64,000 bases of DNA from Promethearchaeota archaeon (lineage in GTDB: Archaea > Asgardarchaeota > Lokiarchaeia > Sigyniarchaeales > SOKP01), in NCBI GenBank assembly GCA_016840085.1, contig JAEOTA010000012.1, forward strand, positions 32,001 to 96,000. Direction: 5' to 3'. How positions within the stretch are numbered: position 1 is the first letter of the stretch; each line of letters opens with the position of its first letter. A program made the position numbers and the translations under genes. Positions 20,736 through 30,481 of the stretch are shown one piece after another. A model generated the notes under the pieces. It saw only the letters and a list, made by a program, of their open reading frames with translations. It had not been told where the DNA came from and made no database searches.

Positions 20736-20967
20736 TTACTGTAATCTAGGAAATTTGAGTAGCTCATCTATTAAATCTACATGACTTACACTTATAAGGC
20801 GAAAATGCCTACTAATTTACGATCATGCGTTTACAACAAAAGCGTTCAATACCAAGCTCCTTAAACGCTTTTTCTGAGCTCTCTCCTTTTTCTAAATACT
20901 CTAAATACGGTTCATATACATGGGCTATTAATTTACCACAGGAGAAGCATCTCACAGGTATGATTAT
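20736..20967 (-). CDS. rpoN: DNA-directed RNA polymerase subunit N (Rpo10/RPB10), interrupted by a 31-nt insert; join(20817..20967,20736..20785)
   Basis: Joined product is (M)IIPVRCFSCGKLIAHVYEPYLEYLEKGESSEKAFKELGIERFCCKRMIV/SHVDLIDELLKFPRLQ (66 aa), with both RPB10 Zn motifs; GAGGAG RBS precedes an ATA start. Confidence 0.93.
20786..20816 (-). other. Candidate bulge-helix-bulge-like intron in rpoN (31 nt)
   Basis: AUUAGUAGGCAUUUUCGCCUUAUAAGUGUAA contains UAG UAG in frame and an AGGC/GCCU hairpin; flanking exons pair (GCAUGA/UCAUGU). Confidence 0.65.
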
Positions 20968-21098
20968 CGTTAATCTCCTCTATCTATATCAAATTTTCTT
21001 CTCATTTAATAAAATAGATGATCCCTTCTAAAAAAAATTTTTGATTTTTATTTACATCCAATTTTAAAAGGACAAAATACACTCAACATTTAGAACTT

Positions 21099-21938
21099 TT
21101 AAATTTCAACTAAACTACTATTTAAATAAGTCGGAATTATGGTTATTAGATTATTTCTCAAATATATTACTTTTAATGATGTTAAATTTTTAATTGATGC
21201 AGGAAGTGTTTTAAGCTTATTTTTCTCTAAAAATAAGATCTCAAGATTAGATAAATTTCCAATTGCGTCTGTTAGCTCTTGCAAGTGATTATCGTCTAAA
21301 TATAATTTTTTTAAAGAAGTTAGATTTGCTATTAATTTAGGAATATGCCTCAATCTATTGTGATCAAGACTAAGAGATTCAAGATCTTTTAATCCAAAAA
21401 TTGGTTCTGGAATAGAACTAAGACCACAACTATCCAAATTGATATGTTTTACTGAACAAATTTTCCCAGAATCAACGTAATCCCAAAACTGGTCAAGACC
21501 GATAACTCCATGAATAAAGTCCTCGTCATTAGTATTCTTAAGACGTACTAAGTGTAATTTTACACCCGGTTTATGAGCTCGAATCTTATCCCGTAAATCT
21601 TTAAGATAAAACTTTCTCTCTCTTACAAATCTTTTGTCCCATAACCCTTTCTCATGCTCCCATTTTGAAGCGTCAATTATTTTGGTCGTTAAATCATCAG
21701 GGAGAACAGATCCAGTTAAAAGAATAAAATAACCAAGAACAAGGTAAGTCTTCCTTCTTGAAGATCGTCTTTCAACTATTTTCATGATTTTATCGAAACT
21801 ATCTTCAAAAATATCCCTAGTTAATACTCTATCATCATTATGATAGTCTTTTAGATTTATCCCACATGCTTTTATGAAAAAAGATGCAAGGTCGGATTCT
21901 TCGTCTCCTTCCATAATTTCAGCTGTTAATTTTGCCAT
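21099..21938 (-). CDS. Leucine-rich repeat protein
   Basis: Repeated LxxLxLxxNxLxxLP units in the C-terminal half. Confidence 0.9.
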   Translation of the reverse strand: MAKLTAEIMEGDEESDLASFFIKACGINLKDYHNDDRVLTRDIFEDSFDKIMKIVERRSSRRKTYLVLGYFILLTGSVLPDDLTTKIIDASKWEHEKGLWDKRFVRERKFYLKDLRDKIRAHKPGVKLHLVRLKNTNDEDFIHGVIGLDQFWDYVDSGKICSVKHINLDSCGLSSIPEPIFGLKDLESLSLDHNRLRHIPKLIANLTSLKKLYLDDNHLQELTDAIGNLSNLEILFLEKNKLKTLPASIKNLTSLKVIYLRNNLITIIPTYLNSSLVEI

Positions 21939-22010
21939 AAAAACAACTATAAAATTTTCCTCATTATCAAAATAAAAAAATAAATATTTAAATAGTACAC
22001 ATATTATATT

Positions 22011-22369
22011 TCATTTCCCTAAAAAGTGACTTGTATAAAAGAGCTTAGCTTCATCAAATGTCATACCATCAAACAGATCACTCATTATTTCATCAATTTT
22101 GTTATAAATTTTATAAGTATTTATAGTACTCTCTGAATAACCAAGGTCTCGTAATAAATCTTCAGCAGTATCGCTCTCGATTATTAATCTTTTTGCTCTT
22201 GGTTTATCAAATAACTCAAGTTTTTCAACTCTAATTCCACGCATATTTTTCTCAACAAATCTTTCAACATTCCATTGGTCTACATCTAACTGATCAGCAA
22301 GTTGAATCGTTGTAATAAATCCTTTACTGATATAGGACGAAATTAATGATTTTAGATTTTTGAAAGCTC
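22011..22369 (-). pseudogene. 5'-truncated hypothetical gene (HTH-like fragment)
   Basis: Frame of track ORF 22011-22244 stays open upstream (KNLKSLISSYISKGFITTIQLADQLDVDQWNVERFVEKN) to a TGA near 22370, with no ATG/GTG/TTG start in that stretch. Confidence 0.5.
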
Positions 22370-22581
22370 ATGCACAGTTAGAAGAGACCTATTTTCATAT
22401 TACTGAAACTTACACTTTAGATGATTTTTTACCATTAGCAAAAGCCAAATGTAATAATTGTGGTTATTTTATTATTCAATTGGACAGTTATAATTATTAT
22501 TTAGATAAAGGCGAGTGTCCTAAGTGTTTTTCCAATACCTATTTCAAAATAAATGATGGAAAAAAGGAGATGGTGAACTAA
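22360..22581 (+). CDS. Small Zn-ribbon protein, possibly 5'-truncated
   Basis: CNNC...CPKC pair; no room for a promoter or RBS against the opposing fragment. Confidence 0.55.
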   Translation: MKAHAQLEETYFHITETYTLDDFLPLAKAKCNNCGYFIIQLDSYNYYLDKGECPKCFSNTYFKINDGKKEMVN

Positions 22582-22761
22582 ATGGGATATGAGGGGAGAT
22601 GAAATAATTCTGAAAGAGTTTGCTGTTCAGCCGATTCAATTGAAGCCGTACTTAGCTGTATCTTATCCATGACCACAGGAAAAGGAAAGGTCTTTATCTA
22701 CGAATTTGGCAAGGATGGGAAAATATCGAAATTGCGTAAAATAATCACCATTACAGATTAA
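22582..22761 (+). pseudogene. Small ORF with in-frame TGA at codon 7
   Basis: GGAGATGGTGA RBS; MGYEGR*NNSERVCCSADSIEAVLSCILSMTTGKGKVFIYEFGKDGKISKLRKIITITD*. Confidence 0.5.
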
Positions 22762-22779
22762 AATAATGAGGGAAAAATA

Positions 22780-22944
22780 ATGAATAGTAATGATATGGAA
22801 TGGTTGAATAGTTTTAGGAAAGAAATATATGTTGAATTCGATCAATGTGGGAATGATCGTCAAAAATTAGAAAAGGTTGCGTCAACGTTAGATGTTATTG
22901 ATCACATAATCAATCATTTTAAGGCAAAATATAATTTAAAATAA
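22780..22944 (+). CDS. Small hypothetical protein (54 aa)
   Basis: GAGGG RBS; MNSNDMEWLNSFRKEIYVEFDQCGNDRQKLEKVASTLDVIDHIINHFKAKYNLK*. Confidence 0.55.
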   Translation: MNSNDMEWLNSFRKEIYVEFDQCGNDRQKLEKVASTLDVIDHIINHFKAKYNLK

Positions 22945-23134
22945 AGTTTATTCTTTAAATTCTAATCAAATCATTAATATAATATTACCTTCTAATTTTT
23001 TTTTCTTTATTTTTGTTTCTTCTTCCGATTAGTATTGATTGGGTTTAATTCTTATTTAGTTATAAGTACCATCTAGCGAGGATTGAACGAAAATTAAAAA
23101 ATCTCACACCCATTTTCATTTATTACTTTTTTTT

Positions 23135-24580
23135 CTAGGTAATCATGTTTTTGTATTTTTCAAGGTCTATATTATATAAAAAAGGTTTAAGATGGTTGTC
23201 CATTAAAACTCTCCGAATAGGTTCAAGTTCAGGATTATTAACAACGTTTTTTAATTCATTCGGGTCATTTTTTAGGTCAAATAGTTCGACAGGTTTTTGA
23301 GTATCACTTTTAACTGTTAATTTATAACGTTCATTTCGAACCATCGAATATCCATATACTTCGCTAAAAATAACTTCCTTAATCTTTTGAGCATTAGGAT
23401 CATTAGGACCATTTTTAATTGTTGGTAAATTTGAAATTCCATTATTTTTCGTTAAAGGTTTTGCATCAGCAATCTCAATCAATGATGCGGCTATATCAAG
23501 ATGATCTGTTAATCCTTGGCATTCCCAACCTTTAATACCTCCAGGAGGTCTAATTATTAAGGGAATTCGTAAAGCTCCTTCATAAAACACTATTTTATGA
23601 CTCATCATATGGTCTCCAAGCATTTCACCATGATCAGAATTATAAATTATCCACGTATTATGTGATAAACCTTTTTCTTCGACAGCTTTGAGAATTTTTC
23701 CTATATATTCGTCGATAAGGCTAATTTTCCCATAATAATAAGTTCGTAAGAGTTGACATTGTTCTTGTCTCATATCATGCAATCCACTCCAAGCTAATAC
23801 CATTTTTACGTAAGAGGGTAGAGGTTTCTGAGGCCATTTAAATATTCCTAATGGCATTTCCTCCGATTTATACATATCTCTATATTTTTGGGGTGAATCG
23901 AATGGATCGTGAGGACCTGGAAAAAGTATTTGAAGGTAAAAGGGCTTTTTTTTAGTATAATTACTTATCCATTCTACTGCGGTACGACCTGTATAACTAT
24001 CTAGATGATCTTCATCAGGAAGTGGGCATGGTGCTAATTCCCAATGTTTACCAGTTCCTCTCGCCCATCCTTTCCAATAATCTACCATATATCTTCTATG
24101 AATTCTTAACAATCCTTTTTTTTCAAGATAATCTGTATATGGTGAATTATGTCTAATTGTCGCAAGAGGTCCAGTAAGTTCATGGATACCTAAAAAACCC
24201 CAATTCTTTAAATCATCCTTTCTTTCATTCGTATGATTCCAATCCTTTCCTTTCGCACCATGAACATAAAGATGGGTTTTACCAATTACGGCAGTATGAT
24301 ATCCTGCATCCCGAATATTACGAACATGACTTCGGCTTAAAGGAGAAGCTTCATTGTTGTTTGTCCAAATACCATGTTCACAGACATATTGACCCATCAT
24401 CATCGAAGCTCTTGCTGGCATACAAAGTGGTGAGTTTGTACAACAATTAGTAAAGTTAACACCTTCAGAAGCTAATTTATCTAAATTAGGAGTAATTACA
24501 GATGGATGCCCAACACATCCAAGTGTGTCACCGCGGTGTTGGTCTGAAAAAATATATATTATATTTGGTTTTTCTGCCAT
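23135..24580 (-). CDS. Sulfatase (formylglycine type)
   Basis: KPNIIYIFSDQHR, CMPAR (CxPxR), GKTH, PHDP, SDHGEMLGDH. Confidence 0.93.
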   Translation of the reverse strand: MAEKPNIIYIFSDQHRGDTLGCVGHPSVITPNLDKLASEGVNFTNCCTNSPLCMPARASMMMGQYVCEHGIWTNNNEASPLSRSHVRNIRDAGYHTAVIGKTHLYVHGAKGKDWNHTNERKDDLKNWGFLGIHELTGPLATIRHNSPYTDYLEKKGLLRIHRRYMVDYWKGWARGTGKHWELAPCPLPDEDHLDSYTGRTAVEWISNYTKKKPFYLQILFPGPHDPFDSPQKYRDMYKSEEMPLGIFKWPQKPLPSYVKMVLAWSGLHDMRQEQCQLLRTYYYGKISLIDEYIGKILKAVEEKGLSHNTWIIYNSDHGEMLGDHMMSHKIVFYEGALRIPLIIRPPGGIKGWECQGLTDHLDIAASLIEIADAKPLTKNNGISNLPTIKNGPNDPNAQKIKEVIFSEVYGYSMVRNERYKLTVKSDTQKPVELFDLKNDPNELKNVVNNPELEPIRRVLMDNHLKPFLYNIDLEKYKNMIT

Positions 24581-24767
24581 ATATTAAAACTCTGTATAAA
24601 TTACTTTATAATGATTATAATTAATCTATTTAAATATTTAAATCCAAGAAAAGAAATTATGTAAATGAAAAATTTTATTTTAAACCTAAAATTATCTATT
24701 GTATCATATATCGATGATTTATGAAAATATATATTAGAATTAATATATTTGAAGGAGATGATTTAAA

Positions 24768-25136
24768 ATTTCATATATTAAAATTCAGATTCCTGATAAA
24801 TTGAAAAATCAAATAAAGAATGCTCTAAACACCATAGCAGAGACCAGAGATTCTAAGATTAGAAAAGGAATGAATGAAGTGACAAAATCCATTGAACGAG
24901 TCCAAGCAAAATTTGTTGTGATGGCAGAAGATGTCAGTCCTCCAGAGATTCTCTTCCATATTCCCCTCTTATGTGAGGAAAAGGGGATTCCATACGGTTA
25001 TGTCTCAGGCAAAAAGGAATTAGGAAATTCTGTAAGAATAAACGTTTCTTCTAGTGCTATCGCAATTGAACACGTAGGAACAGGGAATGAAGGAGTCTTA
25101 GATGATGTAATTAAAAAGTTAAAAGAAATAAAATAA
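24768..25136 (+). CDS. rpl7ae: 50S ribosomal protein L7Ae
   Basis: IRKGMNEVTKSIER, AEDVSPPEI, LCEEKGIPY. The conserved N-terminus (M)SYIKIQIPDKL lies upstream of the track start, after GGAG(A)TGA, implying an ATT start at 24768. Confidence 0.93.
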   Translation: MSYIKIQIPDKLKNQIKNALNTIAETRDSKIRKGMNEVTKSIERVQAKFVVMAEDVSPPEILFHIPLLCEEKGIPYGYVSGKKELGNSVRINVSSSAIAIEHVGTGNEGVLDDVIKKLKEIK

Positions 25137-25150
25137 TGTGGTGAAGTTAT

Positions 25151-25396
25151 GTGGTTAAACTTGATAAGTCTAAAGGAGTTGTTGTTCAAGATAAATCCAT
25201 TCCTGCCCAAGTAATACAAATTATTGGCCGAACTGGTCTCACAGGTGAAATTACACAAATAAAAGTTCGAATTTTAGAAGGACCAGATAAGAATCGAATC
25301 TTGACAAGGAATGTAAAAGGTCCTATTAGAATAAATGATATTGTAATTTTGAGGGAAGTTGAAAGAGAAGCTCGAAAGATTCGAGGGCGTCGATGA
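25151..25396 (+). CDS. rps28e: 30S ribosomal protein S28e
   Basis: [24 protein letters not shown]...RNVKGPIR...EREAR. Confidence 0.96.
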   Translation: MVKLDKSKGVVVQDKSIPAQVIQIIGRTGLTGEITQIKVRILEGPDKNRILTRNVKGPIRINDIVILREVEREARKIRGRR

Positions 25397-25646
25397 AATT
25401 AAAGGGATTGACGATTTTATAGACGTTACTAATGTTATTTCTTATTTTATATTGAATTAATTAACAATTCCTTATTTTCTGACTAATTTTTCTAATATTT
25501 TTTTAAATATTTTTTTTTCTCAAATTTCAAAAGGTGTGAAAACATTTAAATAGTATGTTTTTCATATAATGTTTAGAGTTCATAAAGTTTGAAATTTAGA
25601 AAAGATTGGTGAAAAAAAAATTTTCTCAAAAAATCAAACAACTGTC

Positions 25647-27377
25647 TTGGAAGAAAGAGAAGAATTCATCATAATTGATAAGATAACTCGTAAAGAGCAC
25701 CGTCATCTTAGAAAATTATTAATTTTTATTATAATACTTATAATTTCTCTAACTTGTTTACAATTTAATAAAGCTCAAAGTTATAATAATTATGAAAGAG
25801 TTCAATTTAAATCCGCTGGAGCTACTCTCTATGCTAATTTATATTATCCATCGAAAACTTTAACATTTCAAGAAAAACACCCATTAATTATTTATTGTCA
25901 TGGAATTGGGAGCAAAAGGGACTTTGATCTTAGAATTCCATTAGAATTTTTAAAAAGGGGTTTTTATGTAGCGGCACTTGATTATCAAGGTCATGGTGAA
26001 AGTGGAGGAAATATTAATAATATTGACCCTATTACAGGTATTCCCGCTTTAGCTCAAGATTGTTCAAAATTATTAGATAAACTAGAGACAATGCCCTTTT
26101 ATTCAGAAATAGAAAAAAACCAAATTGGTTTAATTGGACATTCGCTAGGTGGAATGGTTGTCCTTATGAATCAAGCTTTAGATTCCCGTTTTAAAGTTTC
26201 AATAGGATTAGCTCCTTTAGTAAAGTTTGAACCACCTAGATTTGGATTTGTCTATAATAAAAATTTCTTGAATTATATTCCTGCTAATTTGTTAAATGGA
26301 GAAAACACTCATAATTTACTAATAATTCATCATGAAAATGATGAGATCTTAGATTTTACTGAAAATGCCCTAAAAGCCCAAGAATTAACAAATTGTACTC
26401 TAATTCCAATTAAAGGATTTTTGATTGGTGGAGCACACCAATTATATTCTGATAAAGTGCTTGTAAAATCAATTAATTGGTTTGAACAACATTTTTTTAA
26501 CTCCGAAATTTTAAACGGTCGAATATACATTACATTCTACTGGAATTATTTTTTAATTATATTTAATATTGCTTTTTTGCTTATAACCGTTATATGTCTT
26601 ACGTCTGTATCAAGCAGTATTTTTTTTAAAAAAGAACGTGAATTTGAAGAGTCAGAATTTAGCGATTATCGTATAGAAACAACCCGTTTTGATAAAAAGA
26701 GACAAATCTTTAAAGTATCTCTCTCTATCGGTGCATTTCTTCTTAATTGGGTAATATTTGAAAGAATTTTTGGATTGGTTGGGATTATTTTTGCTTCATT
26801 AAATATGATTTTTATTTATACACTTATTAAACTAATATTATATATTAAAAAACATAAGTCTATAAGGATAAAACATAGTTTAATCAAAATTGTAAAATCA
26901 CAGCTAAAACTAAAATATATAATCTTTATTTGTATAAGTTCCGCATATTTCATAGCTATTTACATGATCTTTTCATTCTATTATCCATTTGGTTTTATTT
27001 GGCCTTCTAATTTCGTTGTTCATTTTGCTTTAGGATACTTAATTTTCCCGGTATTTTTATCAATAGAAATTTTCTTTAGAAAAATCTTATATCCACAATT
27101 AAATTTCTTAAAATCGAAGGGCTCAAAAACAAAAGTAATCATAACCACAATGGTTTTAGTTCTAATAAGCTTAATGTTTTTAACTAAACGGTTGTCATAT
27201 TTTCCTTCCTTATTATTCACATATCTGATATTTGCAATGGTAATAATTCAAAACGAAAAATTATTTGAAAATATGAAAAATTTTTATCCTGTTGTAATAA
27301 TCTCATTTAGTATCGTTCAAATCTTCTTTGCGGCAGTGATTTCCAATGCAATTGGCATTAGTTTAAGCCTAAACTAA
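25647..27377 (+). CDS. Alpha/beta hydrolase fused to a multi-pass membrane domain
   Basis: HGIG, DYQGHGES, GHSLGG nucleophile elbow; many C-terminal TM segments. Confidence 0.85.
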   Translation: MEEREEFIIIDKITRKEHRHLRKLLIFIIILIISLTCLQFNKAQSYNNYERVQFKSAGATLYANLYYPSKTLTFQEKHPLIIYCHGIGSKRDFDLRIPLEFLKRGFYVAALDYQGHGESGGNINNIDPITGIPALAQDCSKLLDKLETMPFYSEIEKNQIGLIGHSLGGMVVLMNQALDSRFKVSIGLAPLVKFEPPRFGFVYNKNFLNYIPANLLNGENTHNLLIIHHENDEILDFTENALKAQELTNCTLIPIKGFLIGGAHQLYSDKVLVKSINWFEQHFFNSEILNGRIYITFYWNYFLIIFNIAFLLITVICLTSVSSSIFFKKEREFEESEFSDYRIETTRFDKKRQIFKVSLSIGAFLLNWVIFERIFGLVGIIFASLNMIFIYTLIKLILYIKKHKSIRIKHSLIKIVKSQLKLKYIIFICISSAYFIAIYMIFSFYYPFGFIWPSNFVVHFALGYLIFPVFLSIEIFFRKILYPQLNFLKSKGSKTKVIITTMVLVLISLMFLTKRLSYFPSLLFTYLIFAMVIIQNEKLFENMKNFYPVVIISFSIVQIFFAAVISNAIGISLSLN

Positions 27378-27447
27378 TATTTTAGTTTTAAAATAAATTT
27401 AACTTTAAAAATCTTTCATGATCATGAAATCTGTGACAATTAAAAGA

Positions 27448-28041
27448 TTATTTTTTCTTTTCTAATAATTTACTTAATTCTGCTATTAACCAGCAAAGCT
27501 CATCATATGTAGAAGAGGATTTATAAATTTCTTGAGTTTTTTTCTTAATCTCGTTTTCTGAAACTTTTTTTTTTCCTTTTAAAAAATTTAATTGTAATTT
27601 TGCTAGCTTTCGGCATAAATCTTCATAAGTGTTTTTTTGTTGAGCTAAATTATGAACTGTTATAGTTATTTCAGCTTCAAAATCAGGATCTATTCCAGCA
27701 TCGATAAGTTCCATTGTATCTTCAATATCTATTTCTAATTCGGGTCTCTTATCAATAGAAGCATTTGGTGTTAAACCTTTCTTCAATATATCCATAATTG
27801 CTAAGAATGAGCCATATTCTTGACTCTGATCCATAATCTGAATTTCAACATTTTTTTCTCGCTCATTCTTTAACTTTTCTGCCCTTTTTACACTTAAATC
27901 TTTCTTTTTTTTAGAAGCTTTTACACCAAACCATAAATAGAGATTTCTGAAATCATCAATTAAATACACTTTATTTTCGTTGAAATCAATTTTAGAAACT
28001 TTTCTTAAAGCTCCGTTTTCAGTTACATTAAAAAAAAGCAT
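27448..28041 (-). CDS. One-domain gelsolin with C-terminal helical repeat (1DGelX-like)
   Basis: FNENKVYLIDDFRNLYLWFGVKAS...DQSQEYGSF gelsolin core; tail repeats TYEDLCRKLAKL / TYDELCWLIAEL. Confidence 0.75.
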   Translation of the reverse strand: MLFFNVTENGALRKVSKIDFNENKVYLIDDFRNLYLWFGVKASKKKKDLSVKRAEKLKNEREKNVEIQIMDQSQEYGSFLAIMDILKKGLTPNASIDKRPELEIDIEDTMELIDAGIDPDFEAEITITVHNLAQQKNTYEDLCRKLAKLQLNFLKGKKKVSENEIKKKTQEIYKSSSTYDELCWLIAELSKLLEKKK

Positions 28042-28186
28042 AATTTTTCTTTATTTAATCCTTAATCCAATATAGTAAAACTAAGTAAATTAATATTTTA
28101 AATTTTAACTAAAACCTAAATTTGAATTATTGTGATATTATTTTAGCATAATAAAAAGAAATCTAAATTAGTTAAGGAGTTATCTA

Positions 28187-28396
28187 TTAAATATCCTCCT
28201 CAAAATACCCTAATAACTTCAAATTTTCATATTCGTTATGTAAAAAATCTCTAACAGCATTTCTTATCGCTTCAGATCTACTTGGAACAAGATGCATTTT
28301 TATTAATTTTTGAATATTTTTGTCATAGATTTCTGGGATATTAATGGTAATATTGACCATCTTGTTTATTTTTTTTTTTTGTTTATTCTCTGCCAT
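28187..28396 (-). CDS. Ribbon-helix-helix (CopG-like) regulator
   Basis: NITINIPEIYDKNIQKLI...PSRSEAIRNAVRDFL. Confidence 0.88.
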   Translation of the reverse strand: MAENKQKKKINKMVNITINIPEIYDKNIQKLIKMHLVPSRSEAIRNAVRDFLHNEYENLKLLGYFEEDI

Positions 28397-28679
28397 TTAG
28401 CTAGCTCCAAGTGATTTGATTTTTTGTTATTTTATATTTGGAGACAGAAAAGTGAAATATTATCGCAGATATATTCTTTTCCCTTAATCTATTCACTCTT
28501 TTCTAACATTAAATTATAAGAATCTTGAGTATTAATAATTAACTATTAATGGAAATAATTTTGATTGTTTAATTATTTAGATGAACATTTTGCATGAGTA
28601 ATTAATAGGGTGATTGAAAATATTTTATTACACTCATAGAAATTCGTTTAGATTGATAGACTCTTTAGAGTTAGAACAA

Positions 28680-29354
28680 CTATAATCTATCTTCTGAACT
28701 CACATACCTACCACGAGACTCAATAACATCAATATTTTTAATAATCTCATTACATTCATTTGGATTATACTGTTGATACTCTGAGCTATATCCTTCGAGG
28801 AAAGCTTTAAAACAAATCTCATAATCGCTACCGTGGGAAGAAATTAAAACTCTTTTCAAGAGATGCAGATCAACACTTTTGTCTTCAATCATATCAGAAT
28901 ACTCATGCAACCCAAAATCTATTAAAAAAATATCTTCATTATTAGTAATTATAATATTACTTGTAGTTATATCACCATGAACATGTCCATTTTTATGTAA
29001 TAGAGCAATTATATGTCCTATTTTTTTAAAATAGTGTCTTTTTTTAAAATCATCCAATCTAGTTAAAATATCTTTTAATTTGTTACCTTGAATATATTTC
29101 ATAACAATTGTGGAATTATTTGGGTCAATTTCAAATACTTGTGGGACGTTTATTCCGTAATTTTTAACTTTTATTAACGCTCGAGCTTCATTTAAAGTTC
29201 TTGTAGTTCTAATTATCTTATCAAGTTCTTCAATCCGATATTTTTTAGGGATTCTATATTTAAAAATCACTTCTTTATCAAACCAATACCCATAATAAAG
29301 ATTTGCCTCAGCACCTTTTCTTACGATTTTTTCCCTAATCACATCAGAACTCAA
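28680..29354 (-). CDS. bud32: KEOPS kinase Bud32
   Basis: KGAEA, KYRIPKKYR, HGDITTSN, IDFGL, VDLHLL, RGRY. Confidence 0.95.
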   Translation of the reverse strand: MSSDVIREKIVRKGAEANLYYGYWFDKEVIFKYRIPKKYRIEELDKIIRTTRTLNEARALIKVKNYGINVPQVFEIDPNNSTIVMKYIQGNKLKDILTRLDDFKKRHYFKKIGHIIALLHKNGHVHGDITTSNIIITNNEDIFLIDFGLHEYSDMIEDKSVDLHLLKRVLISSHGSDYEICFKAFLEGYSSEYQQYNPNECNEIIKNIDVIESRGRYVSSEDRL

Positions 29355-29360
29355 ATTAAT

Positions 29361-30365
29361 TTAAAACCTCCACGGGATTGATATCTGATCCATTCTTTTC
29401 TTGGGTTTAATAATTGTGTCAGAAATATTATGCCCGTCCTCAGCTTGATATCTTAAAACACCTGTCCATGCGATCATTGCGCCATTATCACCTGCATATC
29501 TCAATGGTACGACTTCAAACCTTGCATTATGCTCCTTACTGATATATTCTATCATGGATTGTAATCTTTTATTTGCAGCAACACCGCCAGTTAAAAGAAC
29601 TTCTTTTTTTTCAGTATGTGCTAAAGCTCTTTCGGTAACTTCAGTTAACATTGCAAAAGCCGTCTCCTGTAAGGAATAGGCTACATCATTTAAATTATAT
29701 TTTTTATCATATTCATCAGATTGCAGCAGATATTTTGCTGCTGTGTACAGTCCAGAAAAAGATAAATCCATACCTTTTACAACATAAGGTAATTGGATAT
29801 AATTCTTAGATTCTAACGCTAATTTTTCTATTTTTGGACCACCAGGATGTTGCAATCCGGCATCTCTAGCAAAAGAGTCAATCATATTACCCACTGCTAA
29901 ATCAAGTGTTTCTCCAAAAATTTGATATCGACTAGATTCATAGGCACTTACAATAGTATTCCCGCCTGAAACATAAAGAGTAAGCGGATCTTTAACTTTA
30001 CACATTAATCTACCAATTTCTATGTGTGCAATACAGTGATTAATTCCAACAATCGGGATATTTAAGAGTTGGCTTAGCATCCGAGCTATTAATGCGCCTA
30101 TTTTTAAAATAGGTCCCAAACCAGGACTTTGACTAAAAGCTATTAGACTAATATCTTTTATTGAGATATTTGCCTCTAATAGAGCTTTATTTATAATCTC
30201 CTTAAAATTCGCCATGTGTTGTTCTCTTACTAAGGCAGGATGTAAGCCCCCCTTTTCAGGAATAAAAGTATCGTTTATGAGACTATATACATTTCCTTCA
30301 AAATCAATTATTCCTACTCCCCATGTATGAGCTGTACTCTCTATACCCAAACACAATTCTTTCAT
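29361..30365 (-). CDS. kae1: KEOPS t6A threonylcarbamoyltransferase Kae1
   Basis: LGIESTAHT, NHCIAHIE, VSGGNT, GGVAANKRL, DNGAMIAW. Confidence 0.96.
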   Translation of the reverse strand: MKELCLGIESTAHTWGVGIIDFEGNVYSLINDTFIPEKGGLHPALVREQHMANFKEIINKALLEANISIKDISLIAFSQSPGLGPILKIGALIARMLSQLLNIPIVGINHCIAHIEIGRLMCKVKDPLTLYVSGGNTIVSAYESSRYQIFGETLDLAVGNMIDSFARDAGLQHPGGPKIEKLALESKNYIQLPYVVKGMDLSFSGLYTAAKYLLQSDEYDKKYNLNDVAYSLQETAFAMLTEVTERALAHTEKKEVLLTGGVAANKRLQSMIEYISKEHNARFEVVPLRYAGDNGAMIAWTGVLRYQAEDGHNISDTIIKPKKRMDQISIPWRF

Positions 30366-30481
30366 TTATTTTGCCATAAAATTCTTTTATTGACTTAATA
30401 TCTTTTAATAAGAAAAAATTATGTAGAGAAAGAATAGTAGTAGCTATCGAATTTGCCTTTCTTTATCGAATAAGATTTTTT

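Noticed and set aside
20825-21031. Track ORF on the plus strand (68 aa)
   Set aside because: Antisense shadow of rpoN exon 1.
22600-22602. In-frame TGA as possible selenocysteine (also the TGA at 37066-37068)
   Set aside because: No selenoprotein-like context or convincing SECIS. The 37066 TGA aligns to Arg (CGA>TGA), and 22600 is more simply a TGG/CGA>TGA change in a decayed region.
22663-22863. Track ORF on the minus strand (66 aa)
   Set aside because: Opposes two plus-strand ORFs that have better RBSs and more protein-like composition.
24710-24767. Possible K-turn autoregulatory element in the L7Ae leader
   Set aside because: GATGA motifs and an AT-only hairpin are present, but I could not build a canonical C-stem/bulge/tandem GA structure.
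27414-27429. Palindrome TTTCATGATCATGAAA between convergent genes
   Set aside because: Single AT-rich occurrence with no supporting context; at most a terminator-associated feature.
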